From: a bacterium | GTDB taxonomy: Bacteria; Hinthialibacterota; Hinthialibacteria; Hinthialibacterales; Hinthialibacteraceae | Length of the DNA stretch: 64,000 nucleotides | Direction: 5' to 3' | Assembly: GCA_963663405.2 (NCBI GenBank) | Contig: CAXXSM010000100.1 | Span: 6,351 to 70,350 of the forward strand | Part shown: in pieces, positions 9,181-17,398 of the stretch | Layout of the letters: every line of letters begins with the position of its first letter | Numbering within the stretch: position 1 is the stretch's first letter | Notes under the pieces: model-generated | Databases searched by the model: none | Told to the model about the DNA's origin: nothing | Seen by the model: the letters and a program-made list of their open reading frames with translations, nothing else | Program-made: the position numbers and the translations under genes

Positions 9181-9992
9181 ATGACATCTTCTTTTTGCGC
9201 TTATATTGATGAATCAGGAGATGAAGGTTTTCGGTTTTAGAACGAACTTATCCACACAAAAAAGCAGCGATTGGTTTGTTTTAAGTGCTTTCATCACTCG
9301 AAAACAGAATGATTTGGAAACTGTCAAATGTATCGACCAGATTCGTAAAGATTTTGACATTAACCCTAAAAAGCATGTCCATTGGAAAAAAACTGAAACA
9401 CCCTCAAAAAGTACGTTATTCTCAAATTCTTGCTAGTCTTCATGCTCGAACAATTGGAATTTGCGTTCACAAACCTTCTCTTTTAGAACCGGAGAAATTT
9501 AAAGAACCTTATCGCCTTTATTTTTATGCCGTTCGGTATTTGATGGAACGTTTATCTTGGCTTGCTCGTGATAATCATAATCCAAGAAAATGGGGTGGAG
9601 ATGGAACAATTAGTATTCTATTTTCTAATCGGCAAGGAATGCCATACGATGAAATGAAAAATTATCTGAGACTTTTAGAAATTAAAAAAAACAACAATCA
9701 AGATATTCGAATAGAGTTTCAGCATACGCCTTTAAATAAAATTAGCACTCAAACGCCTGGTCGTTCGATGGGATTACAGTTAGCAGACGCTTGTGCTGGA
9801 GCATTTTTCAATGCCTTAGAACGTGACTTATTTGGGAATACAGAACCGCGCTATATCGAATTATTGAAGCAAATTTTATATAAACACGATGGAACATCTT
9901 GGGGTTATGGAACAAAAATAGTACCAAGAGAAGCCATTAACAATTTGAAGGAAGAATCCAGTCTTGAATGGTTGTGGAGGATGAAGGAATAA
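9181..9992 (+). pseudogene. DUF3800-family protein, two frameshifts
   Basis: The ATG at 9181 gives MTSSFCAYIDESGDEGF (the DUF3800 DESG motif) and then a stop. The sequence continues in ORF 9206..9436 and then ORF 9285..9992 (..GLQLADACAGAF..). Removing one T from GGTTTTCGG restores the first junction. Confidence 0.75.
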
Positions 9993-10159
9993 AAAAAAAG
10001 ACAGATCCCAGGTCGTAGGAGCCCACGCACTAAGCGCTGCCGTCCTGAGGACGACCTACGATAAATCCTGCGCATATCTGTCTATTAAAATTATACCCTC
10101 TTTTGAATAAGTTCGTCAACAGAAATTTCAAAAAAAATTGGGGATTGTATTTCGCCTGC

Positions 10160-10414
10160 TCACTCCCCCCACACCTCCGGCGGAACCGGGCCGTACTCTT
10201 TTTCGAGGATATTCAAAACCATACGCCAATGTTTCGGCGTATATCGCCTAATCCAACTCTCAAGCGTCTGTTTTGGAACGTCCAAAACCTTTTCGAGCGT
10301 TAGAATGCTCTGCCTGCGTGACGGCTCACCAATGTTATCCAGATACCAGCGGAATTTACACTGAAATTCATTTTTCCCGTCCTCCGGGCGTAGTGTTGGT
10401 TCATTCGGTGTCAT
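10160..10414 (-). CDS. Small HTH DNA-binding protein, repressor-like position (divergent from the early operon)
   Basis: 84 aa. ..LTLEKVLDVPKQTLESWIRRY.. looks like an HTH. The start lies 23 nt from a perfect 19-bp palindrome. Confidence 0.55.
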   Translation of the reverse strand: MTPNEPTLRPEDGKNEFQCKFRWYLDNIGEPSRRQSILTLEKVLDVPKQTLESWIRRYTPKHWRMVLNILEKEYGPVPPEVWGE

Positions 10415-10436
10415 TCTTATACCTCACAACGTTGTA

Positions 10437-10455
10437 TCTCATATAGTATATGAGA
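10437..10455. promoter_or_regulatory. Perfect 19-bp palindromic operator candidate
   Basis: TCTCATATA-G-TATATGAGA. The half-site CTCATATA recurs at 10513-10520, overlapping the -10 of the rightward promoter. Confidence 0.6.
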
Positions 10456-10493
10456 AACTCATAAAAAAAATAGGGGAATTTACAAAAAATGGG

Positions 10494-10522
10494 TTGACAG
10501 ATACATGAGATACTCATATACT
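10494..10522 (+). promoter_or_regulatory. Near-consensus sigma-70 promoter (rightward, early operon)
   Basis: TTGACA (10494-10499), a 17-nt spacer, then TATACT (10517-10522). Confidence 0.65.
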
Positions 10523-10570
10523 ATTAATGGAAATGAGCATTATAACCAACCGAAGAAGGAGAATGAGACA

Positions 10571-10792
10571 ATGACACGGGGAACGATGAGCGAAAAAACC
10601 GAAATAGACACCAATCAAGCATTATTTTTCCGCGATGGCGATATGTCATTTGTTACGCGGCCACCGGAGCCAGAGGAAATCGAGCGAGCCAGGGGGCTGG
10701 TTGTTGAAGTCGATGGATACTGCTACGTCATTGGCCGGACTGCGCGGGTTGTGGGATTTGTTGAGTCCGCGTGTCAGAAAATTGACTACTGA
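10571..10792 (+). CDS. Hypothetical phage early protein (73 aa)
   Basis: AAGGAG lies 9 nt upstream of the ATG at 10571. The track start 10505 lies inside the promoter. Confidence 0.5.
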   Translation: MTRGTMSEKTEIDTNQALFFRDGDMSFVTRPPEPEEIERARGLVVEVDGYCYVIGRTARVVGFVESACQKIDY

Positions 10793-11047
10793 GCAGGCGT
10801 GGTGAACAAATGCAATCCACAGTTAATTCATTTTCGTTCACCATTTCTCAACAGTAATTTATCCGCTAACTAACGCGCTATCAATGAGTTATCGATGGAA
10901 TTCACGCGGTGTATTGAAAAATGTTAATAAATGGGGTATTGCGTTTCCCGCAAATGGTAGTAGAGTTCTACGGCTGAGAGCCAAAAACCGAAGTAGCAGG
11001 TAAGAGTAAATGCGTGGACCAACGCATAGCACAATATCGAATTTTCG

Positions 11048-11100
11048 AAGTCCCTCACGGTGAGTGTTGGTCCGCGCAGCCGTGAGGGACTTTTCTGTTT
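11048..11100 (+). terminator. Strong intrinsic terminator inside the early region
   Basis: AAGTCCCTCACGG (11048-11060) pairs with CCGTGAGGGACTT (11080-11092) and is followed by TTTCTGTTT. The loop contains GTTGGTCC, complementary to an upstream GGACCAAC. Confidence 0.7.
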
Positions 11101-11118
11101 ATGGGAAAGGAGCGGGCA

Positions 11119-11436
11119 ATGTCAAAAAAAGTTTTGCAGTTAAAGCCAATTGATTGGAGCGATCCGGAAGCCGTCAAAGCATACAACCGGGCATATTATC
11201 GGGCAAACTGGAAAACGATTCGCGAGCGGCAAAGAAAGTACAAAAAAGAACAGAGTAAGGATTTGACTGATAATTATCTTTTTTGGCTCTTGAAAGATAA
11301 GCATGGTATTGACCGCGAATATGTTACCCCAGAAATGCTTGAAATGTACCGGGATATTATACGTGTCAAGCGCAGTATGCGGGACGGGAATCCTGTTGAC
11401 ACGGTAATATTAAAAAGTTTGGTGCGCAGTCTCTAA
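11119..11436 (+). CDS. Hypothetical phage protein
   Basis: AGGAG lies 6 nt upstream of the ATG at 11119 (MSKKVLQLK..). Basic, helical composition. Confidence 0.55.
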   Translation: MSKKVLQLKPIDWSDPEAVKAYNRAYYRANWKTIRERQRKYKKEQSKDLTDNYLFWLLKDKHGIDREYVTPEMLEMYRDIIRVKRSMRDGNPVDTVILKSLVRSL

Positions 11437-11526
11437 ACATATGAAATCCAATGAAAGGAGGTGTAAACAAAAACTGAGAGAACCAAGAGTATAGAATTTC
11501 AAATCTAAACTATGAGGTAAAAAACA

Positions 11527-11985
11527 ATGCAAGAAATAACAGTAACACCGACAGACAAGCGAAGTCAACACATTGCACGACTACGAGAAGAGCACCGCGC
11601 TAGATTGGAAGCCGAAGCAAGCGCAAAGGAAAAGGAAGAAATGCAAATCAAAGAAGATGAACAGAAATTGAAAGCAAAAGGCTTAAAAGCAGCTGAGGAT
11701 ATGAATAAAGCAGATTTTGAAGAGATTCTCAAAATAGGAGAATTAGAACCAAGGTCTAGCACCAGATACATAGTCGAGAATGGTAATCCAAAAAAGGATA
11801 CATATCAAGAAATGAAAGAGGAGGTTCGGAAAATTCTTAAGGAATATGACGGACCAAAGCCAAAGAATGTAAACGGTCATTTACTTTACAAATATCATGA
11901 AGTTTGTGCCTGGTTTGGTGGCGTCATAGAATATTGGAATTCTATCAAAGATGAGGTCGAAGCCGTAATCCCTAATTCAGAATAA
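11527..11985 (+). CDS. Hypothetical coiled-coil phage protein (paralog A)
   Basis: RLREEHRARLEAE.. lysine/glutamate-rich coiled coil. The C-terminus ..YWNSIKDEVE is shared with the next gene. Confidence 0.6.
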   Translation: MQEITVTPTDKRSQHIARLREEHRARLEAEASAKEKEEMQIKEDEQKLKAKGLKAAEDMNKADFEEILKIGELEPRSSTRYIVENGNPKKDTYQEMKEEVRKILKEYDGPKPKNVNGHLLYKYHEVCAWFGGVIEYWNSIKDEVEAVIPNSE

Positions 11986-12090
11986 TTAATTTAGTTTTTG
12001 GTTTGGTAGGGTATGGTATGGTTTGGTTTGGGTATTACAACAGCAAAGAACAGTGTTTTTATATATAAAATGAAAGTTGAGGTAAATATC

Positions 12091-12498
12091 ATGCAAGAAC
12101 AAACTAACAAAGAAATCATCGAACGGTTGAGAGAAGAACGTCGCGCTGTAATAAAAGAAGAAAAGCGAATTGCAGAAGAAAAACGACAAAAGCAATTAGC
12201 AGCGGAACAGGCCGAGAAAAACAGACAAGAGAAATTGGAGGACGAACAAAAGAAATTATACACACGCGGCTATGAAGCCGGTAAAAAAATACATTATTAC
12301 AATATGCGGATAATTGTGAATTATCACATTAATGGTAACACATTCAAAGATGAGAGGGAAGAAAAAGCATTTTTAACGGTTTTAAAAGAACACGGTTTTG
12401 GGCCGGGAACCCAGCTTCCCAAGATTAATATTTGGGTTGAAGGCGTAAATGCCTACTGGGAAACAATCCGGGATGATGTCGAATTCGATAAACCATAA
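12091..12498 (+). CDS. Hypothetical coiled-coil phage protein (paralog B)
   Basis: GAGG RBS before the ATG at 12091. ERLREERRAV.. and the C-terminus ..YWETIRDDVE parallel the previous gene. Confidence 0.6.
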   Translation: MQEQTNKEIIERLREERRAVIKEEKRIAEEKRQKQLAAEQAEKNRQEKLEDEQKKLYTRGYEAGKKIHYYNMRIIVNYHINGNTFKDEREEKAFLTVLKEHGFGPGTQLPKINIWVEGVNAYWETIRDDVEFDKP

Positions 12499-12651
12499 CT
12501 AAAATAATCATAAATTCCGGCGCCGGAATGAATTTTTTTAGACCAATTTACTATATATAGTAAAAAATGTGGAGAAATTAGAAAAAAAGTTTGCGCGGCT
12601 TGCATTTTTGGTATATCATATAGTGTATACACTCCAAGAAGGAGCCGTGCA

Positions 12652-13302
12652 ATGGCTAAAGTGAAGTTAGAAACATTGTGTTTCCGATGCAACGAAGAAA
12701 CCGCCAACAAGATTCGCAAACGCGCTGATGAGATGGGACTTTCGCTTTACTCATATCTCAAGCAACAGGCGTTGAGCCGCGAGCCATTGACTCAAGCGGC
12801 GGAGGATTATATCCGCGATATCGCCCGTGGCGTTGCGGAACAATTCGGAGGAGAGCCGGATATTAATTTCGCAAAAACGATGATACTGAATGACGCTACT
12901 GCTGGTTATCTGGCTCATTTCCATGAAGAGGGAATCGACTCACTCGGAGCGCGTCCGTTTCTATTTTTTAAACAGGGCAAACCACTTAGCCCAGAGGAAC
13001 AGCAAGATGCGATGATAAACCGGCGTGTTGAAGAAATCCGGCGGCGGAAAAAAGAATTGGAAGAATGGAAAACGTATGCGAACGCATGCCGGAAACAATC
13101 GGAAGACTGGCAGGCGCTAACGATGGAGGTCGTGCGTGAATCAACTAAAGACAATCCAAATATGGAGGCTATCGCCAACCGATTCAATTTGAAAGCAATT
13201 CCGGAACCAGCGGAAGAGGAGCCAACTTCACCGGCTGAGCCGGAACCGGACGCGATTAAAAACCGGTACAATCCACCGAAAATGGCAAAAGTGAAATCAT
13301 GA
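12652..13302 (+). CDS. Ribbon-helix-helix (MobC/CopG-like N-terminus) protein
   Basis: KLETLCFRCNEETANKIRKRADEMGLSLYSYLKQQAL fits a strand-helix-helix RHH pattern. Confidence 0.5.
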   Translation: MAKVKLETLCFRCNEETANKIRKRADEMGLSLYSYLKQQALSREPLTQAAEDYIRDIARGVAEQFGGEPDINFAKTMILNDATAGYLAHFHEEGIDSLGARPFLFFKQGKPLSPEEQQDAMINRRVEEIRRRKKELEEWKTYANACRKQSEDWQALTMEVVRESTKDNPNMEAIANRFNLKAIPEPAEEEPTSPAEPEPDAIKNRYNPPKMAKVKS

Positions 13303-13679
13303 ATTATCTGGACTGGGAGAACCAAAAATACGAATCCGGCGAATCGGGCGGTGAGTCAGGCGAGAGTTTTATTCCTGCGCCGGTTGTCGCGTTTATTCGA
13401 TGTATTTTAAAGAACGTTAATGATAAATATCCATCGTTGGAACTCGATTTTGGAACCGTCATGGCCAATCTGTTGATTGACTGTGTGGCCAGATATCGCG
13501 CGGAAATGGACCAATTTGGAAAGGCTGTAACTGGTGGACGTGGAGCATTTCTGCTAACAACAGAAGGAGAAATGAGGCGGGGGCAGGATTTATACGACGT
13601 GTTGAAAGCACATTACGCGGCGGAAATTCAGAGGCACACGGATAATGAAAGCAAACGGGAAATCGTCCCGTTGAATTGA
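13299..13679 (+). CDS. Hypothetical phage protein
   Basis: 126-aa ORF whose start overlaps the previous stop (ATGA). Confidence 0.5.
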   Translation: MNYLDWENQKYESGESGGESGESFIPAPVVAFIRCILKNVNDKYPSLELDFGTVMANLLIDCVARYRAEMDQFGKAVTGGRGAFLLTTEGEMRRGQDLYDVLKAHYAAEIQRHTDNESKREIVPLN

Positions 13680-13775
13680 TTTATAAAAAATAAAGCCGAG
13701 CGGCGTCAGTTTGGCGACGGAGGCCACTCGGCGAGAAAAGTAGCACAATAGGCTAGGAGCCTACGGGCTATTCTT

Positions 13776-15119
13776 ATGGTACTATCAATGTCGGTTGATG
13801 GCAATGGAAAAAATGAGAAATCCGGAGGAAAGTTAAGCCGGATCAATCCGCCTAAGCGCACGATTTTCCTGCCTGCCTCCACTTTTGAGACAATATGCTC
13901 TTATCCAATCACAAAGGGCGCGATCCTCTTTTATATAGCGATTAGATCATACGCGAATAGTGAGGGCTGGTGCAATCCATCCATAAAAACTTTCGCCGAA
14001 ATGCTCAGCTGTGACCCGCGATCAATTAAGCGCCATATCCAAGAATTGTGTGAATATGGATTGCTCTCTGTCGAGGTGAATAAAGGGCATTCATCGAATG
14101 ATTATTATTTGAATCTCGAACCAAAGAGAGGGGACAATTTTGTCACCTCTGTCACGGCAAAGAGAGGGGACATTTTTGGTCAAAAAACCGGAAGAGAGGG
14201 GACAAAACGTGTAAAGAGAGGGGACATTCCTGGTAAGGCTAACAATATAAACAGTAATAGAACATCATCAGTAAGAACAATTGATGATGATGAACTAAAT
14301 CCCGCGGGAAAAACACGCAACAGCAACAGCATTCCAAACCTGGATTTTCTTTCAAAAAACAAAAAAGAACTGGCTCTCAAATGCTGGAAAATACATCGCT
14401 CGAAATGGGGATCGGCGGAAGAATTTTCAGATACGCTCCGGCGTATTTCAGAAACGGAATCAGACGAAACGCTCCACGGCGCATTGGAAGATAATTCTGC
14501 TCACAGAAATCCACAGGATAGTGAACGTCTTATGGCGGCGGTATACCGTCTCCGGAAAATCTATCCATTAAATCCAAGCAAGAAGAGATTCGGCGAATGT
14601 GAGAAAGCGAAAGAAGAAGATATCCGCCGGGCTGAAGAGGAAGAGCGAAAACGCTTCCAAAAGGCGCGTGAAAAGGTCCAACGTCACCGGCGCGAGGGCT
14701 GGACGGATGACGAAATAATCCGCAACGATTTTAGCCGATGGGAGAAAGACGAAGTCCTGGAATGCGCTATATCGAAAGAAGCGATTGAAAAGCATTATGC
14801 AGAATTGGAAGCATGGGAAGAGGAAAAGCGAAAAGCCAGAGCCGCGGCAAAAAGAAAAGACCAAGAAGAAAAGCGGATTCTCCGGCTCGAAAAGCAAAAA
14901 CAAGAATACGCCGTATTCATCGAAAAATTGGAAGGCATAACTGAAGCTAAGGCCGCTTTCCAATTGCGTTATCGATTCAACCTCGACGGTAAGTCAATTA
15001 CTCCACAAACCACCGAAGATAAAAAACGGCTTATCGAAATTCTTGAGCGCATAGGTATGCGCTTCGACGTGAATAAGAGTGGCTGTCCGGTTAATTGGGT
15101 TGTTCCGCAGAAAGGATAG
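13776..15119 (+). CDS. Replication-initiator-like protein (winged-helix N-terminal domain), carries internal iterons
   Basis: ..YANSEGWCNPSIKTFAEMLSCDPRSIKRHIQELCEYGLLSV.. is a winged-helix/HTH typical of phage O/DnaD-like initiators. Four iterons lie in the linker, followed by a charged C-terminal half. Confidence 0.6.
   Translation: MVLSMSVDGNGKNEKSGGKLSRINPPKRTIFLPASTFETICSYPITKGAILFYIAIRSYANSEGWCNPSIKTFAEMLSCDPRSIKRHIQELCEYGLLSVEVNKGHSSNDYYLNLEPKRGDNFVTSVTAKRGDIFGQKTGREGTKRVKRGDIPGKANNINSNRTSSVRTIDDDELNPAGKTRNSNSIPNLDFLSKNKKELALKCWKIHRSKWGSAEEFSDTLRRISETESDETLHGALEDNSAHRNPQDSERLMAAVYRLRKIYPLNPSKKRFGECEKAKEEDIRRAEEEERKRFQKAREKVQRHRREGWTDDEIIRNDFSRWEKDEVLECAISKEAIEKHYAELEAWEEEKRKARAAAKRKDQEEKRILRLEKQKQEYAVFIEKLEGITEAKAAFQLRYRFNLDGKSITPQTTEDKKRLIEILERIGMRFDVNKSGCPVNWVVPQKG
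14124..14226 (+). repeat. Four direct iterons AAGAGAGGGGACA (putative origin of replication inside the initiator gene)
   Basis: Copies start at 14124, 14160, 14192 and 14214. They are followed by an AT-rich stretch (about 14230-14300). Confidence 0.7.
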
Positions 15120-15123
15120 AAAA

Positions 15124-15312
15124 ATGAAAAACGTTGAAATGGAAGTGAAAGAAAACAAATTACTCATCGAAGTCGATCTCACGCAGGATCACGGGCCGAG
15201 TAAGAGCGGTAAAACCAACATCGTTGCGACAACCGCCGGAAATGTAGCGGTACCGGGAAATAATTCCGTCCGGCTTGGATTGAATGTCTATAAATACTCG
15301 GAGGAAGAATAG
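15124..15312 (+). CDS. Small hypothetical phage protein
   Basis: AAGGA RBS before the ATG at 15124 (MKNVEMEVKENKLLIEVDL..). Confidence 0.5.
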   Translation: MKNVEMEVKENKLLIEVDLTQDHGPSKSGKTNIVATTAGNVAVPGNNSVRLGLNVYKYSEEE

Positions 15313-15317
15313 AAGCG

Positions 15318-15848
15318 ATGGACTTAATCCGTACCACATTTGAAACAAGCCGCCTGATGGAATTCTTTGATGAAAAAGAATTAACAAAACAAATCGGCCA
15401 CAATCGAGGAATGTGGCCGGTTGCGCTCCTAAAAGAATTAATTGACAACGCGCTGGACGCTTGTGAGAGCGCCGGAGTCAATCCGGTTATCGAAGTCTAT
15501 TTGGAGAAGAATAGTCTCTCTGTCCAGGATAACGGGCCGGGTATTCCACCGGAGACAATCGAGAAATCACTTGATTATAAAATTCGCGTATCGGATAAGA
15601 ATAAATATGTCTCACCAAGTCGAGGTCAACAAGGAAACGCCTTGAAATGTGTGTGGGCTGCTCCGTTCGTTGCTACAGGATCTGGAATTATCGAGATAGG
15701 CACTAGGGGCCAATTACATGAAATCGATGTTTCACTGGATCGATTGACGGAAGAGCCGGAGATTGGCCACACAATCACCGATGATTTTGTAAAAAATGGC
15801 ACTTTTGTAAAAATCCATTGGCCAGAGATAGCATTGCTCTCAGGATGA
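15318..15848 (+). CDS. GHKL (Bergerat-fold) ATPase domain protein, topoisomerase VI-B-like
   Basis: MEFF..(x)..LKELIDNALDA (N box), VQDNGPGIPPE (G1 box) and SPSRGQQGNALK parallel the Topo VI-B N-terminal motifs (AEFF, RELIENSLDA, DNGIGIP, RGxxGxG). Only 176 aa. Confidence 0.65.
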   Translation: MDLIRTTFETSRLMEFFDEKELTKQIGHNRGMWPVALLKELIDNALDACESAGVNPVIEVYLEKNSLSVQDNGPGIPPETIEKSLDYKIRVSDKNKYVSPSRGQQGNALKCVWAAPFVATGSGIIEIGTRGQLHEIDVSLDRLTEEPEIGHTITDDFVKNGTFVKIHWPEIALLSG

Positions 15849-15886
15849 AAGTAAAACGGTCGATCGGAAAGGAGCACAACAACATC

Positions 15887-16066
15887 ATGACTAAGATAAC
15901 GGAACAAACAATAGTGCAGGTCTATTGCCAGCGGTGTGGTCATGCGTTGGCAGGCGCGCCGATAGGATCGAGAGTCTACTGTCCTCCATGCCGTGTATGG
16001 ACATTGGCCAAAGAAACAGCGGACCAACCATTGCTCAAGGAGACGAGGTCATGCAAGGAGAAATAG
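15887..16066 (+). CDS. Small zinc-ribbon protein
   Basis: CQRCG...(x)...CPPC four-Cys pattern. Internal ATG at 15887 of ORF 15818..16066. Confidence 0.4.
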   Translation: MTKITEQTIVQVYCQRCGHALAGAPIGSRVYCPPCRVWTLAKETADQPLLKETRSCKEK

Positions 16067-16275
16067 TTTTGAGCGCTAACCAACTGCGCAGCATCATCCA
16101 CGCTGGACTATGCAATGATCGCATGTGGACCGAGGGCTGCTGTCATGAGATCGCTAAGCAGTCGCACTCCAACGGCGAGATATCGCGCGTATCGTTCGCG
16201 GATCGTGACGCAAGACATTCATTTAAAAATGGAATGAAATTTATGCGTTCTGTTTTGCGCAATGATATTAAGTGA
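16051..16275 (+). CDS. Hypothetical phage protein
   Basis: AAGGAG lies 8 nt upstream of the ATG at 16051. Confidence 0.35.
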   Translation: MQGEIVLSANQLRSIIHAGLCNDRMWTEGCCHEIAKQSHSNGEISRVSFADRDARHSFKNGMKFMRSVLRNDIK

Positions 16276-16313
16276 TATATAATATATTTAACAACAATAT
16301 AGGAGTATACATT

Positions 16314-16601
16314 ATGAGCGTAGCATTCGAGCATTCAGGAACTTCATTACATTTGATCGTTGATTTGAGCGCTGTTGAGAGTCTCAGCAACCAGGACGGC
16401 GGGACGGTCCACGTGGGCAGCATGCACGGCGAGATTAACGAGACGTTAACGAAAGAGGGCTATACGATAGATTTATCTGTCCGCCGGGCACTCACTCCGA
16501 GCGAGCGCGAGCAGTACGGCGCTGACCTCCAACTTGATGCGGCTCCAACGGCCAAGCGCGGAGGGGGAGGGCGGTCCAAATCTCCACAGCCTCAAAAATA
16601 G
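16314..16601 (+). CDS. Hypothetical phage protein
   Basis: AGGAG RBS before the ATG at 16314 (MSVAFEHSG..). Confidence 0.5.
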   Translation: MSVAFEHSGTSLHLIVDLSAVESLSNQDGGTVHVGSMHGEINETLTKEGYTIDLSVRRALTPSEREQYGADLQLDAAPTAKRGGGGRSKSPQPQK

Positions 16602-16674
16602 GAACCGTATAGCCTCGCATCGCGCACACAACCGCAATTCCGGTTAGTTTAGCAATTTGTAAAGGAATATAGCA

Positions 16675-17130
16675 ATGCCAAGACAACCAGTACCTACCAA
16701 CCTAAAGATCCTGCGCGGCAATCCAGGCAAGCGCGCAATCAACAAAAATGAACCGCAGCCGAGCGCGGACGGCGTCAAGTGTCCGTCCTGGTTATCACGC
16801 GACGCCAAGGCCGAGTGGCGGCGTGTGGCGCCGGAGTTAAAGCGGCTCGGCCTATTGACAGTCGTTGACGTGTCCGCGCTGGCAATGTATTGCGAGTCAT
16901 ATTCTCAATGGCGCGAGGCCGTCCGGATTATCGAGCGCGAGGGCCAAACGTATTCACATGACGGACTCATCCGCACTCATCCGGCGTGTCACGTGGCTAA
17001 CAATGCGGCGCGGACGGCTAACCTATTCGCCGGGCAGTTCGGAATGACGCCATCGGCGCGAACGAAATTATCTATCGAGCCGCCACAGCAACCGAGTTTG
17101 GTTGACAAATTTTTGAACCGGAGTGGGTGA
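16675..17130 (+). CDS. Phage terminase small subunit, P27 family
   Basis: ..LKILRGNPGKR.. at the N-terminus and ..FGMTPSARTKL.. at the C-terminus are characteristic of P27-family TerS. Confidence 0.8.
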   Translation: MPRQPVPTNLKILRGNPGKRAINKNEPQPSADGVKCPSWLSRDAKAEWRRVAPELKRLGLLTVVDVSALAMYCESYSQWREAVRIIEREGQTYSHDGLIRTHPACHVANNAARTANLFAGQFGMTPSARTKLSIEPPQQPSLVDKFLNRSG

Positions 17131-17398
17131 TATGGACGGCCTAATTTCACAGAGCCAAGTCGAGGACCAACTCGGTATTAATAAGCTCGCGCTGGACACG
17201 CTCCGGAACTTAGGCGTCCTCATTCCGGTTGACACCGGCGACGGTGAGCCGATGTACAGGCAAAGTGACGTCAGTCCATTTCTATTTTATCGATGCGTGT
17301 ACGTTGACGTAACGCTTGAGCGGGTCCGCGCAATTACAGCGGCGCAAACCGAGACGCCGGAAACTTACAATCCAATGCGGGGTGTAAATAATGGGTAG
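17123..17398 (+). CDS. Small HTH (excisionase/MerR-like) protein
   Basis: ..SQVEDQLGINKLALDTLRNLGVLIPV.. HTH_17-like pattern. Confidence 0.4.
   Translation: MGDMDGLISQSQVEDQLGINKLALDTLRNLGVLIPVDTGDGEPMYRQSDVSPFLFYRCVYVDVTLERVRAITAAQTETPETYNPMRGVNNG

Noticed and set aside
14124-14226. Short direct repeats considered as a mini CRISPR array.
   Set aside because: The repeats are only 13 nt long, the spacings are irregular (36, 32 and 22 nt), they lie in-frame inside a coding region, and there are no cas genes. They are iterons.
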